Source: Halothermothrix sp. DTU029 | Lineage (GTDB): Bacteria > Bacillota > Halanaerobiia > Halanaerobiales > DTU029 | DNA: 64,000 nt | Assembly: GCA_001512435.1 (NCBI GenBank) | Contig: LFRS01000102.1 | Coordinates: forward strand, 21,395 to 85,394 | Direction: 5' to 3' | Shown: piece after piece, positions 45,232-54,267 of the stretch | Layout: each line of letters opens with the position of its first letter | Position numbering within the stretch: position 1 is the stretch's first letter | The notes under the pieces: generated by a model | What the model saw: only the letters and a program-made list of their open reading frames with translations | What the model was told of the DNA's origin: nothing | Databases searched by the model: none | Program-made: the position numbers and the translations under genes

Positions 45232-46488
45232 ATGAAATTAGAAAGTAATATATGGGAGGATTTTATTAGAATATTACCTGAAATTGGTTATAATTTAAAT
45301 GAAAAAGAAAATAATGAGGATAATCTTAAATTTATCTGGGAAATTATAGTAAATATCAAAAAGAATATGAAAGAAGAAGTGGAACAAACAATCAGGATGA
45401 ATCTAAATCTCTGTTATGCCCTGGGAGAAGAAAGTCAGGTTAAAATACTTAATAGGGAGATATTTAAGTTAAACTATCTACTGGATCAAAATATTTATCT
45501 GCTAGACTATGATGCCTATAAAGGTTTAATGGATTTTCATAAAATACTTATCTCCACCTATGGAAATATAGAAAATTTTATAAATAACTTTAGAGAGGTA
45601 AAAGAGAATATCTCATTTTTTCGCAAAAGAAAGGATAAAGAACTGATCGATAAATACTATTATTTAAAGAAAATTCATTTGCCTTTAAGGGGCTATGAAG
45701 ATATGAGACTTGAATTAAATAAACTTATGGAAAAATATGAAAATATAAAAGATATTATAAAAGATCCGGATTTATTCATTAACTTCAATACAGAACTGGA
45801 TTATTTTATAAGAGAATATCGGAAGCTGTACAGGCAGGAACATGATGCTTTTCAACAACAATTAAAGTTATTTTATCAATCCCTCTATAATTTACCAGAA
45901 TATAAGAGCCTGGTAAACCTCTCCAGGATAGAACTGATTAAGGTTGCCTATAATTTAAAACCTATCAAAAAGTATATTGATACCTTTTTCCCGGCAGAGT
46001 GTGATAATCCTGATCTGGAAGAAACATTAAATAATAATGTTAATTGTAATTGTGGCTTTCTTCTTGGAACATCTATTACAGTTCCGGCCTTAAATAAAAT
46101 AAAGCCTATGTTGCGCAAAGGTATTGCAGAATATATAGAAAAAATCCAGAATGAAAGATTCAGGCCCATATTTGATAATTATTTAAGTTATAATAATGAT
46201 TCAAGTATAAAAAAGATATTAGAATATAAAATTGATAAGGTCAATGGTAATATCAAATATATTGATGAGGAATTGATTAATGAAATAAACAAGGCTCTTA
46301 GCAATACCTATCCCTTAAAAATATCCCTGGAAGAAATAATTCCTAATATAAGTGGTATATATTCTATTAATCAAATAAACCTCCTGGCCCAGGACCTGGA
46401 AAAACATATTAAAAAACTTATTAAGAATAAAGTCGAAGGACTTGAGAAGGTCAAATACGAAAATATTGTTATAAATTTAGTAATATAG
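45232..46488 (+). CDS. Hypothetical protein (418 aa), predicted largely helical, very AT-rich gene
   Basis: Long ORF with SD AAGGGGGGA. Rich in K/E/N/I/L, with no TM segment and one C-x14-C-x-C motif. I recognise no family. Confidence 0.55.
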   Translation: MKLESNIWEDFIRILPEIGYNLNEKENNEDNLKFIWEIIVNIKKNMKEEVEQTIRMNLNLCYALGEESQVKILNREIFKLNYLLDQNIYLLDYDAYKGLMDFHKILISTYGNIENFINNFREVKENISFFRKRKDKELIDKYYYLKKIHLPLRGYEDMRLELNKLMEKYENIKDIIKDPDLFINFNTELDYFIREYRKLYRQEHDAFQQQLKLFYQSLYNLPEYKSLVNLSRIELIKVAYNLKPIKKYIDTFFPAECDNPDLEETLNNNVNCNCGFLLGTSITVPALNKIKPMLRKGIAEYIEKIQNERFRPIFDNYLSYNNDSSIKKILEYKIDKVNGNIKYIDEELINEINKALSNTYPLKISLEEIIPNISGIYSINQINLLAQDLEKHIKKLIKNKVEGLEKVKYENIVINLVI

Positions 46489-46537
46489 GAGGAATTCTAT
46501 CTTTATTTGCAGAACTTTTATTTAAGAGGTGAAGGAA

Positions 46538-47824
46538 ATGAGTATATTGATTAAAAATATTGCTGAAATATATACAGGGGATGAATTGATTAAGGAAGGC
46601 TGGATTGCTATTAAAGGTAATAAAATTGCTGGTCTTGGTAAGGGAACTCCAGAGCTTGCTGAAAAAGAATTTTCCCATGTTCTTGATGGCAGAGGGAAGA
46701 TTGCCTTGCCAGGATTAATAAATCTACATACCCATGCAGCCATGACTTTATTAAGGGGTTATGCAGATGATTTCCCCTTACAGGAATGGTTAGAAGAAAA
46801 AATCTGGCCCCAGGAGGCTAAACTGGAGAGAGAGGATATATATTGGGGTACAAAACTGGCTGTCCTGGAAATGATCAGTACCGGTACTACAACTTTTCTG
46901 GATATGTATTTCCAGATGGAAGAGGTGGCAAGGGTAGTAGAAGAGAGTGGTATTAGGGCAGTATTAAGTGAAGGCCTTATTGAGGCCAATGATGGTGATG
47001 AAGGTATTATAAAAAGTCTTGATTTCTGTAAAAACTGGCAGGGTAAGGCTAATGGCAGAATAAGAACCATGTTAGGACCCCATGCCCCCTATACCTGTTC
47101 AAAAGATTATTTAATGAAACTTGGAGAAAAAGCCCATATTAATAACCTTGGCTTACATATACACATTGCTGAGACAAAAAAGGAATATGATGATTTTCTG
47201 GACACTTATGGTAAAAGCCCTGTACAATATCTAGATAGTTTTGGTTTTTTTAATAATAGGGTTCTTGCTGCCCACTGTGTTTATTTAGACCAGGAGGACC
47301 TGGAGATTTTTGCGAAAAATAATGTCAGTGTAGCCTATAATCCTGTCAGTAATATGAAATTGGCCAGTGGGATTGCTCCCATAACTGAATTCTTGAAAAA
47401 GGGGATCAATGTGGGTTTTGGTACTGACGGGGTTTCCAGTAATAATAATCTGGATCTAATTGAAGAGGCCAGAATTGGTTCTTATTTACAAAAAGTTGAT
47501 AAGCTTCTTCCTACTGCCATCAATCTGGCTGAACTATTGGATATGTTAACAGTTAATGGGGCTAAGGCCCTGGCTATTGACAATTTAGGTAGGCTTAAGG
47601 AAGGATTTATAGGGGACCTGATCCTTATTGATATAAAAGAAAAGACCTATTTCTATCCCCGGCATAATAATCTTTCAAATCTTTTTTATGCAGGAAGTGG
47701 CCAGGATGTAGATACAGTTATTATAGATGGGGCCCTGGTCTATAAGGACAGGGAATTTCTTACCCTGGATCAGGAAGAAATATATTATCAGGTTGAAAAA
47801 ATCCGCCAGGATAAGTTCAATTAA
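46538..47824 (+). CDS. mtaD: 5-methylthioadenosine/S-adenosylhomocysteine deaminase (amidohydrolase family)
   Basis: LPGLINLHTHAAMTLLRGYADD (HxH metal site), HIAET, and a length of about 428 aa. Start taken at ATG 46538 with SD GAGGTGA. Confidence 0.8.
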   Translation: MSILIKNIAEIYTGDELIKEGWIAIKGNKIAGLGKGTPELAEKEFSHVLDGRGKIALPGLINLHTHAAMTLLRGYADDFPLQEWLEEKIWPQEAKLEREDIYWGTKLAVLEMISTGTTTFLDMYFQMEEVARVVEESGIRAVLSEGLIEANDGDEGIIKSLDFCKNWQGKANGRIRTMLGPHAPYTCSKDYLMKLGEKAHINNLGLHIHIAETKKEYDDFLDTYGKSPVQYLDSFGFFNNRVLAAHCVYLDQEDLEIFAKNNVSVAYNPVSNMKLASGIAPITEFLKKGINVGFGTDGVSSNNNLDLIEEARIGSYLQKVDKLLPTAINLAELLDMLTVNGAKALAIDNLGRLKEGFIGDLILIDIKEKTYFYPRHNNLSNLFYAGSGQDVDTVIIDGALVYKDREFLTLDQEEIYYQVEKIRQDKFN

Positions 47825-47896
47825 TTCTTTTTCTTCTTGCTATTATTTGTTCTATTCTCCCTGTATAAAAATATATTTAAAACAGGGGGGATTACT

Positions 47897-48580
47897 GTGA
47901 AATTTGACTCTATCAAGATAGTACTGGTCTGCCTCTTGGTTCTTGGTTTCTTCCTTGGTGCCTATGAGGGTATCTGGAGGCAGGGGGCCCTGAAAGTAGC
48001 CAATTATAATGTAGATTTAGTAGAGGAAGAGCCTGCTTTCTACCTGGAGGTAATTTGGGATGCTTCAGGGAGTATGTGGGGAAGAGATTATGGAGTAGAA
48101 AAAATTATAAAATCAAAGGAAGTTTTAAAGACCTTTACTGACGAATTGCCGGAAAATGTGAATATTGCATTGAGAATTTTTGGGGCAAGAAGGGTAGGGG
48201 ATCTGGAAGATTCTTTTCTGGCAATACCCTTTGATAATGAGAACAGAGAAGATATGGTAAATTTTATAACAAATGTTAAGCCTCTGGGCAAATCACCAAT
48301 TGGCTATTCTCTTATAGAGGCCTGTAAAGATTTACAGGGAATTAAGGGAAAAAAATATATCCTTTTAATAAGTGATGGTATTGACAATGGTGAAATTCCA
48401 CCTGATAAAGTAATAGAAGAAGTAATCCAGAATGAAATTATTTTACATGTTGTCCATATAGGTGAACCGGAAAACCCAGGAGTTAAAGAGGGGCTGAAGG
48501 AAATGGCAGAGAAAACAGGAGGTTTATATTTTACTTATAATAATCATGAAAAAGTTATAGCCACCTTCAGGCAAGAGTAA
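47897..48580 (+). CDS. Membrane-anchored von Willebrand factor A domain protein
   Basis: N-terminal TM helix and the MIDAS motif DASGSM. I prefer the GTG start at 47897, which has GGGGGG 6 nt upstream, over the track start at 47837. Confidence 0.7.
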   Translation: MKFDSIKIVLVCLLVLGFFLGAYEGIWRQGALKVANYNVDLVEEEPAFYLEVIWDASGSMWGRDYGVEKIIKSKEVLKTFTDELPENVNIALRIFGARRVGDLEDSFLAIPFDNENREDMVNFITNVKPLGKSPIGYSLIEACKDLQGIKGKKYILLISDGIDNGEIPPDKVIEEVIQNEIILHVVHIGEPENPGVKEGLKEMAEKTGGLYFTYNNHEKVIATFRQE

Positions 48581-48606
48581 AAGAGTAAATTATTAGTTTT
48601 TATCAG

Positions 48607-48634
48607 GCTGTCACCCAGGTGAACAGCTTTTTTT
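48607..48634 (+). terminator. Intrinsic terminator after the vWA gene
   Basis: GCTGTCAC-ccag-GTGAACAGC (with a bulge) followed by a T7 run. Confidence 0.6.
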
Positions 48635-48741
48635 ATTTTATGTTTAATATTATGAAGAAAAGATCCCTATTTCTCTTAAAAATAAAAAAGGATATTTATA
48701 AAATATGGGGAATATTATAAATAATTTAAGGAGGGACTATA

Positions 48742-51480
48742 ATGAGCAAAGCCAGTAAAAAACTATTGATCTTCCTGATATTTCTTATAGTAGTATTTTT
48801 CTTTTTGTTAATAGCTGGAAATCGTTTTTATACAGAGTGGTTATGGTTTAAAAATCTTAATTTAGAAAGGACTTTTTTGACTATCTTTTTCAGTAATACT
48901 GTTTTGAGAATTATAATTGCTTTATTTTCCAGTATCTTTATCTTTATAAATTTATTCTTGACCAGAAAACCCTTATTAGATTATATAAATCAAAAAAAAT
49001 ATGATAATGTGGAGTCCTTATTTGGCAGTGAAGATAATTTTTTTGATGGTAAAATTTTAACCTATATTTATATCACTTGTAGTTTAATAATAGGTTTCTT
49101 AATAAGCTCTATTAGATCTGATTTATGGGAAATTGTTTTGAAATATCTCAAACAGACCCCTTTTCATTTACAGGATCCGATTTTTAAAAAAGATATTGCT
49201 TTTTATGTTTATTCCCTGCCTTTTTACAAAGTATTGCAGGAGATGGCAATTGGACTGATTGTAATTACCCTATTGATGGTGGGTATCATTTATCTCCTGA
49301 CTGCCGGAATAAATTCCTTCAGGGAAATTCATGTCAAAGTGACCGGGAGAGCAAGAAAACACAGCTTTTTCCTGCTTATAATTCTTTTACTTCTAAAAGC
49401 CTGGGATTATCGTTTACAGGCCTATGGGCTTCTCTATGCACCCAGTGGAGTGTTTTTTGGACCAGGTTATACAGATATATATGCAAAATTACCTGCTTTA
49501 AGGGTCTTATTTATAATTGTTGTAGTTATAGCTATTATTTTCTTGATAAATATCTTTAAAAGGCAGTACCGGTTAATTTTATGGGGCTTTCTGGCCTGGA
49601 TTCTTGTTTCTTTTCTCCTGGGGGCTATTTATCCTGCCTTAGTGCAAAGGTTCAGGGTAGCTCCTAATGAAATTGCCATGGAGAGAGAGTTTATAGAATA
49701 TAATATAGATATGACTCTAAAAGGCTATGGCCTTGATACCATTCAGGAAATTGACTTTACTGTGAAAAATGATTTAAGCTGGGATGATTTATTGAAAAAT
49801 GAGGAAACCATAAAAAATATCAGGCTTTGGGATCCAAGGCCAATTCAGGCCACCTATAATCAGTTACAGGGTTTACGACCCTATTATACCTTTCCAGGTG
49901 TAGATGTAGATCGCTATAAGATCAATGGCCATTATCAACAGGTAATGATAGCTGTTAGGGAACTGGAACAGAGAAATCTGAATCCCCAGGCCAGGAACTG
50001 GATTAATCAGAAGCTCAAGTATACCCATGGTTATGGGGTGGTTATGAGTCCGGTAAATAGGGGAACTGCTGAAGGTATGCCTGAATTTTTAATTAAGGAT
50101 ATTCCACCCAAAACCTTTATTAATCTTGAATTGAATAATCCTGCTATTTATTATGGTGAGATTACAGATGAGGATTATGTAATTGTAAATAATAATTCCA
50201 TGGAGTTCCATTATCCCCTTGGAGATGAAAATGCTTATTATAATTACACTGGTACAGGTGGAGTAGAACTGAATACTTTTTTCAAAAAATTAGTTTATGC
50301 CCTCCGCTATAAGGATATGAAGATTCTCTTAAGTAGTGATATTAAGAATGAAAGTAGAATCATGTATTACCGTAATATCCAGCAAAGGGTCCAGAAGGTA
50401 GCTCCCTATTTAAAGTATGATCGGGATCCCTATCCGGTTATTGCTTATGGCCGCCTCTTCTGGATACAGGATGCCTATACTTTCACAGATAAGTTTCCCT
50501 ACTCCCAACCAGTGACCAGGCTGGGGAATTATATCCGCAATTCCATCAAGGTGGTCATAGATGCCTATAATGGTAAGATGGATTTCTATGTTATTGATAA
50601 GAAGGATCCCCTGGCCGTAACCTACATGGAAATCTTCCCTGATTTATATAAAGATGGGGAACTAATGCCGGAAGAACTAAGGGAACATTTACGTTATCCC
50701 CAGGATTTATTTGAGATTCAGGCTCTGATTTATTGTTCTTATCATATGCAGGACCCTGTGGTCTTTTATAATAGGGAAGATCTCTGGGCAATTCCAGAGG
50801 AAAACTATGGTGGCAATATTATACCAATGGAGCCCTATTATGTAATAATGAAATTGCCAGGAATGGTAGGAGAAGAGTTTATTCTGATGCAGCCTTTTAC
50901 ACCTGTTAATAAGAATAATATGATTGCCTGGATGGCTGGTAGGTCTGATGGTGAAAACTATGGAGAACTTATAGTCTATAATTTCCCAAAAGATCAGCTA
51001 GTATATGGCCCCATGCAAATAGAGTCCAGGATAGAACAGGATACGGAGATTTCTCAATTATTAACCTTGTGGGGACAGCTGGGTTCAAGGGTTATCAGGG
51101 GAGACCTCCTGGTAATACCTGTAGAAAACTCTATTCTTTATGTAGAACCAGTTTATTTACAGGCTGAAACCAGTGAATTGCCAGAATTGAAAAGAGTAAT
51201 TGTAGCCTTTCAGGATAAGATAATTATGAGAGAGAATCTGGAAGAGGCTTTAAAGGATTTATTTTTAAAAAGTGGACAGGTTGAAGGGAAGGCCGGGGAG
51301 AGAGAAATTACTGAAATTGGGGATACTATAAATGACAGACAGGCTGACCTGGCCAGAAAAGCCCTGGAATTATATGAGGAAGCAGAAAGGAGTATTCAGT
51401 CCGGTAATTGGGCAAAATATGGTGAAAAAATAAATGAACTGAAAGAAATATTAATAAAAATGCTTCAAATGGAAAAATAA
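48742..51480 (+). CDS. UPF0182 family large membrane protein
   Basis: 912 aa. The N-terminal roughly 300 aa have multiple TM helices, followed by a large soluble domain. Overall architecture and conserved stretches (YTHGYG, WIQDAY) fit UPF0182. Confidence 0.8.
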   Translation: MSKASKKLLIFLIFLIVVFFFLLIAGNRFYTEWLWFKNLNLERTFLTIFFSNTVLRIIIALFSSIFIFINLFLTRKPLLDYINQKKYDNVESLFGSEDNFFDGKILTYIYITCSLIIGFLISSIRSDLWEIVLKYLKQTPFHLQDPIFKKDIAFYVYSLPFYKVLQEMAIGLIVITLLMVGIIYLLTAGINSFREIHVKVTGRARKHSFFLLIILLLLKAWDYRLQAYGLLYAPSGVFFGPGYTDIYAKLPALRVLFIIVVVIAIIFLINIFKRQYRLILWGFLAWILVSFLLGAIYPALVQRFRVAPNEIAMEREFIEYNIDMTLKGYGLDTIQEIDFTVKNDLSWDDLLKNEETIKNIRLWDPRPIQATYNQLQGLRPYYTFPGVDVDRYKINGHYQQVMIAVRELEQRNLNPQARNWINQKLKYTHGYGVVMSPVNRGTAEGMPEFLIKDIPPKTFINLELNNPAIYYGEITDEDYVIVNNNSMEFHYPLGDENAYYNYTGTGGVELNTFFKKLVYALRYKDMKILLSSDIKNESRIMYYRNIQQRVQKVAPYLKYDRDPYPVIAYGRLFWIQDAYTFTDKFPYSQPVTRLGNYIRNSIKVVIDAYNGKMDFYVIDKKDPLAVTYMEIFPDLYKDGELMPEELREHLRYPQDLFEIQALIYCSYHMQDPVVFYNREDLWAIPEENYGGNIIPMEPYYVIMKLPGMVGEEFILMQPFTPVNKNNMIAWMAGRSDGENYGELIVYNFPKDQLVYGPMQIESRIEQDTEISQLLTLWGQLGSRVIRGDLLVIPVENSILYVEPVYLQAETSELPELKRVIVAFQDKIIMRENLEEALKDLFLKSGQVEGKAGEREITEIGDTINDRQADLARKALELYEEAERSIQSGNWAKYGEKINELKEILIKMLQMEK

Positions 51481-51505
51481 ACTAAAAAAGTAAGGATGGT
51501 AATAG

Positions 51506-52777
51506 ATGAAGGAGATGGAGACTTTTCAATATTATCAAACAGATAATGAGTTAGATTTATATATATGTAAAAACAAAAAATTTAAAACAAATTTAATTCA
51601 GATGATAATTTTATGTCAATTGAATGAGGAAGATGCCAGTAGTAATGCCTTGATACCTTTTATCCTTTATCGAGGTAGTAAGAATTATCCCAGTAGTAGA
51701 GCTTTTAAAATCGAATTAGAGGAATTATATGGGGCAGAATTAAGTGTATCAGTCTGGAAAAGGGGGGAAATCCAGCTCTTAAATTTCTCCCTGGAGATTG
51801 TAAATGAAAAATACCTGCCAACAGATGAATTATTATTGGAGAAAGGACTGGCCCTGTTAAAGGACCTGCTTCTGAATCCGCTTTTTACTGAAGAGTTTTT
51901 TCAACAGGAAAAGGAATTTATCATCAAAGAGATCAAGTCAATAATCAATGATAAGTACTCCTATTCTTTAAACAGGTGTTTTCAGGAGATGTGTGCCGGT
52001 GAACCCTTTAGTATCTATAAACTGGGCAGAATTGAAGACCATGAAAAACTAAGTAGAGACCAGGTCTTTCAACAGTACCAGGAAGTAATAAAAAATAACA
52101 GGATTTTGTTTTTTGTAATTGGTGATGTAGATGAAAAGAGGGTCTATGAAAAGATAAATAATAGCTTTAATTTTAGACATCAGGTAGTAAAAGACTATAA
52201 TAATACAATTATAATAAATGATGTTAAGGGAATCAAAGAACTGGAAGAAAGATTAAATGTTCAACAGGGAAAAATAGTTTTGGGCTTTAGAACAGGGATT
52301 ACCAGAAAGGATGATCTCTATTATCCCTTGTTAATGTATAATGGTATTCTGGGTGCCTTTCCTCATTCTAAATTATTTCAAAATGTACGGGAAAAAGAAA
52401 GCCTGGCCTATTATGCCAGCTCCAGTCTTGAATCTACAAAGGGCTTACTGCTAATCACAGCAGGAATTGATTTTGCCAATTATGATAAAACCAGAGACAT
52501 AATCCTGAAGGAACTGGAAAAAATGAGGCAGGGTGATTTTACAGAAGAAGAGTTTCAATGGACCATGAAATCCTTGATAAATTCTTTTGAAAGTACTGCT
52601 GACAATAATAGGGGATTACTTGCCCATTATTTGTTAGGAGTAATCAATCATAAAACTGAAACCATCAAAGACTCTATCGATGAATTAGGTAAGGTAAAAA
52701 AAGAAGATATTATCAGAGTGGGAGAAAAGCTGCAACTGGATACAATCTATTTTCTGAATAAGAAGGTGACAGAATGA
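51506..52777 (+). CDS. M16 family peptidase-like protein lacking the HxxEH zinc motif (YmfF-like, probably non-catalytic subunit)
   Basis: 423 aa with pitrilysin-like length and pattern. I saw no HxxEH. It overlaps the next M16 gene by 4 nt. Confidence 0.7.
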   Translation: MKEMETFQYYQTDNELDLYICKNKKFKTNLIQMIILCQLNEEDASSNALIPFILYRGSKNYPSSRAFKIELEELYGAELSVSVWKRGEIQLLNFSLEIVNEKYLPTDELLLEKGLALLKDLLLNPLFTEEFFQQEKEFIIKEIKSIINDKYSYSLNRCFQEMCAGEPFSIYKLGRIEDHEKLSRDQVFQQYQEVIKNNRILFFVIGDVDEKRVYEKINNSFNFRHQVVKDYNNTIIINDVKGIKELEERLNVQQGKIVLGFRTGITRKDDLYYPLLMYNGILGAFPHSKLFQNVREKESLAYYASSSLESTKGLLLITAGIDFANYDKTRDIILKELEKMRQGDFTEEEFQWTMKSLINSFESTADNNRGLLAHYLLGVINHKTETIKDSIDELGKVKKEDIIRVGEKLQLDTIYFLNKKVTE

Positions 52778-54057
52778 TGCAGAAAATATACAACGATATT
52801 ATTAAAGAAAGGATTTATCTAAAAAAACTGGCTAATGGTTTAACGGTAATGCTAATGCCCCGGGCTAATTATAATAAGTTTTATGGTATTTTTGCCACAG
52901 ATTATGGTTCTATTGATAATAAATTTGTGAATCCTGAAACAAATGAAGTAGTAAAGGTGCCTGATGGGATTGCCCATTTTCTGGAACATAAACTTTTTGA
53001 AAGCGAAGAAGGCGATGTTTTCAGTAAATTTGCCCGTTTAGGTGCCTCCGCCAATGCTTTTACCAACTATAATATGACTGCTTATTTATTTACTACCAGC
53101 AGTAATTTTACTGAAGCTACCATGTCTCTCCTGGATTTTGTCCAGGATCCATACTTTACAGATGAAAATGTGGAAAAAGAGAAGGGAATAATTGCCCAGG
53201 AGATAAGGATGTATGATGATGAAGCCAATTATCAGGTATATGCAAATTTATTAAATGGGCTATATCATCATCACCCTGTTAAGATAGATATTGCTGGCAC
53301 AGTAGAAAGTATCAGTAAAATTAGCAAGGAAGATCTCTATCTCTGTTATAATACCTTTTATAATCCGGGGAATATGATACTCTTTTTAACAGGAGACTTT
53401 AATCCTGTAGAGATACTGGAAAAAATCGAAGAAAACCAATACCGCAAAGAATTAGTCAATTATAATAATATAAAAAGAATATATCCTGAAGAACCAGCCA
53501 GTATCAGGGAGAAAGTTATAGTTAATAAAATGGATGTATCCGAGCCGCTCTTTAGACTGGGAATCAAAGAAAAAAATCTACCGGAAAAAGGCAAAGAATT
53601 ATTGAAGCAGGAGCTGGGAACAGGGCTATTGCTTGATTTACTGATTGGTAAGAGTTCAATCCTCTATCAGGATTTATATGATCAGGGTTTAATTGATGAT
53701 TATTTTAGTAATTATTATGTTCTTGAGAAAGGATATGGCTATGTTATTATGGGGGGGAAAACCAGAGACCCGGAACTCCTTTATAAAAAACTACTTGATG
53801 GTTTTAAAATTGGAGGTAGGACTTTAAAGAAAGAAGATTTTAATCGGGCTTATAAAAGAGTTCTGGGAGAGTATGTACAGAGTTTTAATTCCTTTGAGGC
53901 AGTAGCTACTGAGTTTATTTCCTATTATTTTAAAGATATCAGTTTCTTCGATATACTGGATATTATTGAGGAGATAGATTTAGATTATCTAAATAAAAGA
54001 TATGTGGAGCTTTTTCAGGAAAATAATTATGTCCGCTCTGTTATAGAAAAAATATAA
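52774..54057 (+). CDS. M16 family zinc peptidase (YmfH-like, catalytic subunit)
   Basis: 427 aa with the inverted zinc-binding motif HFLEH. Confidence 0.8.
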   Translation: MMQKIYNDIIKERIYLKKLANGLTVMLMPRANYNKFYGIFATDYGSIDNKFVNPETNEVVKVPDGIAHFLEHKLFESEEGDVFSKFARLGASANAFTNYNMTAYLFTTSSNFTEATMSLLDFVQDPYFTDENVEKEKGIIAQEIRMYDDEANYQVYANLLNGLYHHHPVKIDIAGTVESISKISKEDLYLCYNTFYNPGNMILFLTGDFNPVEILEKIEENQYRKELVNYNNIKRIYPEEPASIREKVIVNKMDVSEPLFRLGIKEKNLPEKGKELLKQELGTGLLLDLLIGKSSILYQDLYDQGLIDDYFSNYYVLEKGYGYVIMGGKTRDPELLYKKLLDGFKIGGRTLKKEDFNRAYKRVLGEYVQSFNSFEAVATEFISYYFKDISFFDILDIIEEIDLDYLNKRYVELFQENNYVRSVIEKI

Positions 54058-54267
54058 GCAAAATTATCAATTTATAAATCAGGTAAAATATTTATAAATC
54101 AAATTAATTAAAAGCAAATAAATACATACTGTTTTTCAATGAATGATGTCAGTACTAAAAAGGGGGTAATTATTCAAGGTTAAAGAGGAGGAAAAAGATT
54201 TAAGGTTGGATAAGGTGAAAGGTTTTTGCATGCTGATTTACTAAAAACGAGAAGGGAGTAATTGAGG

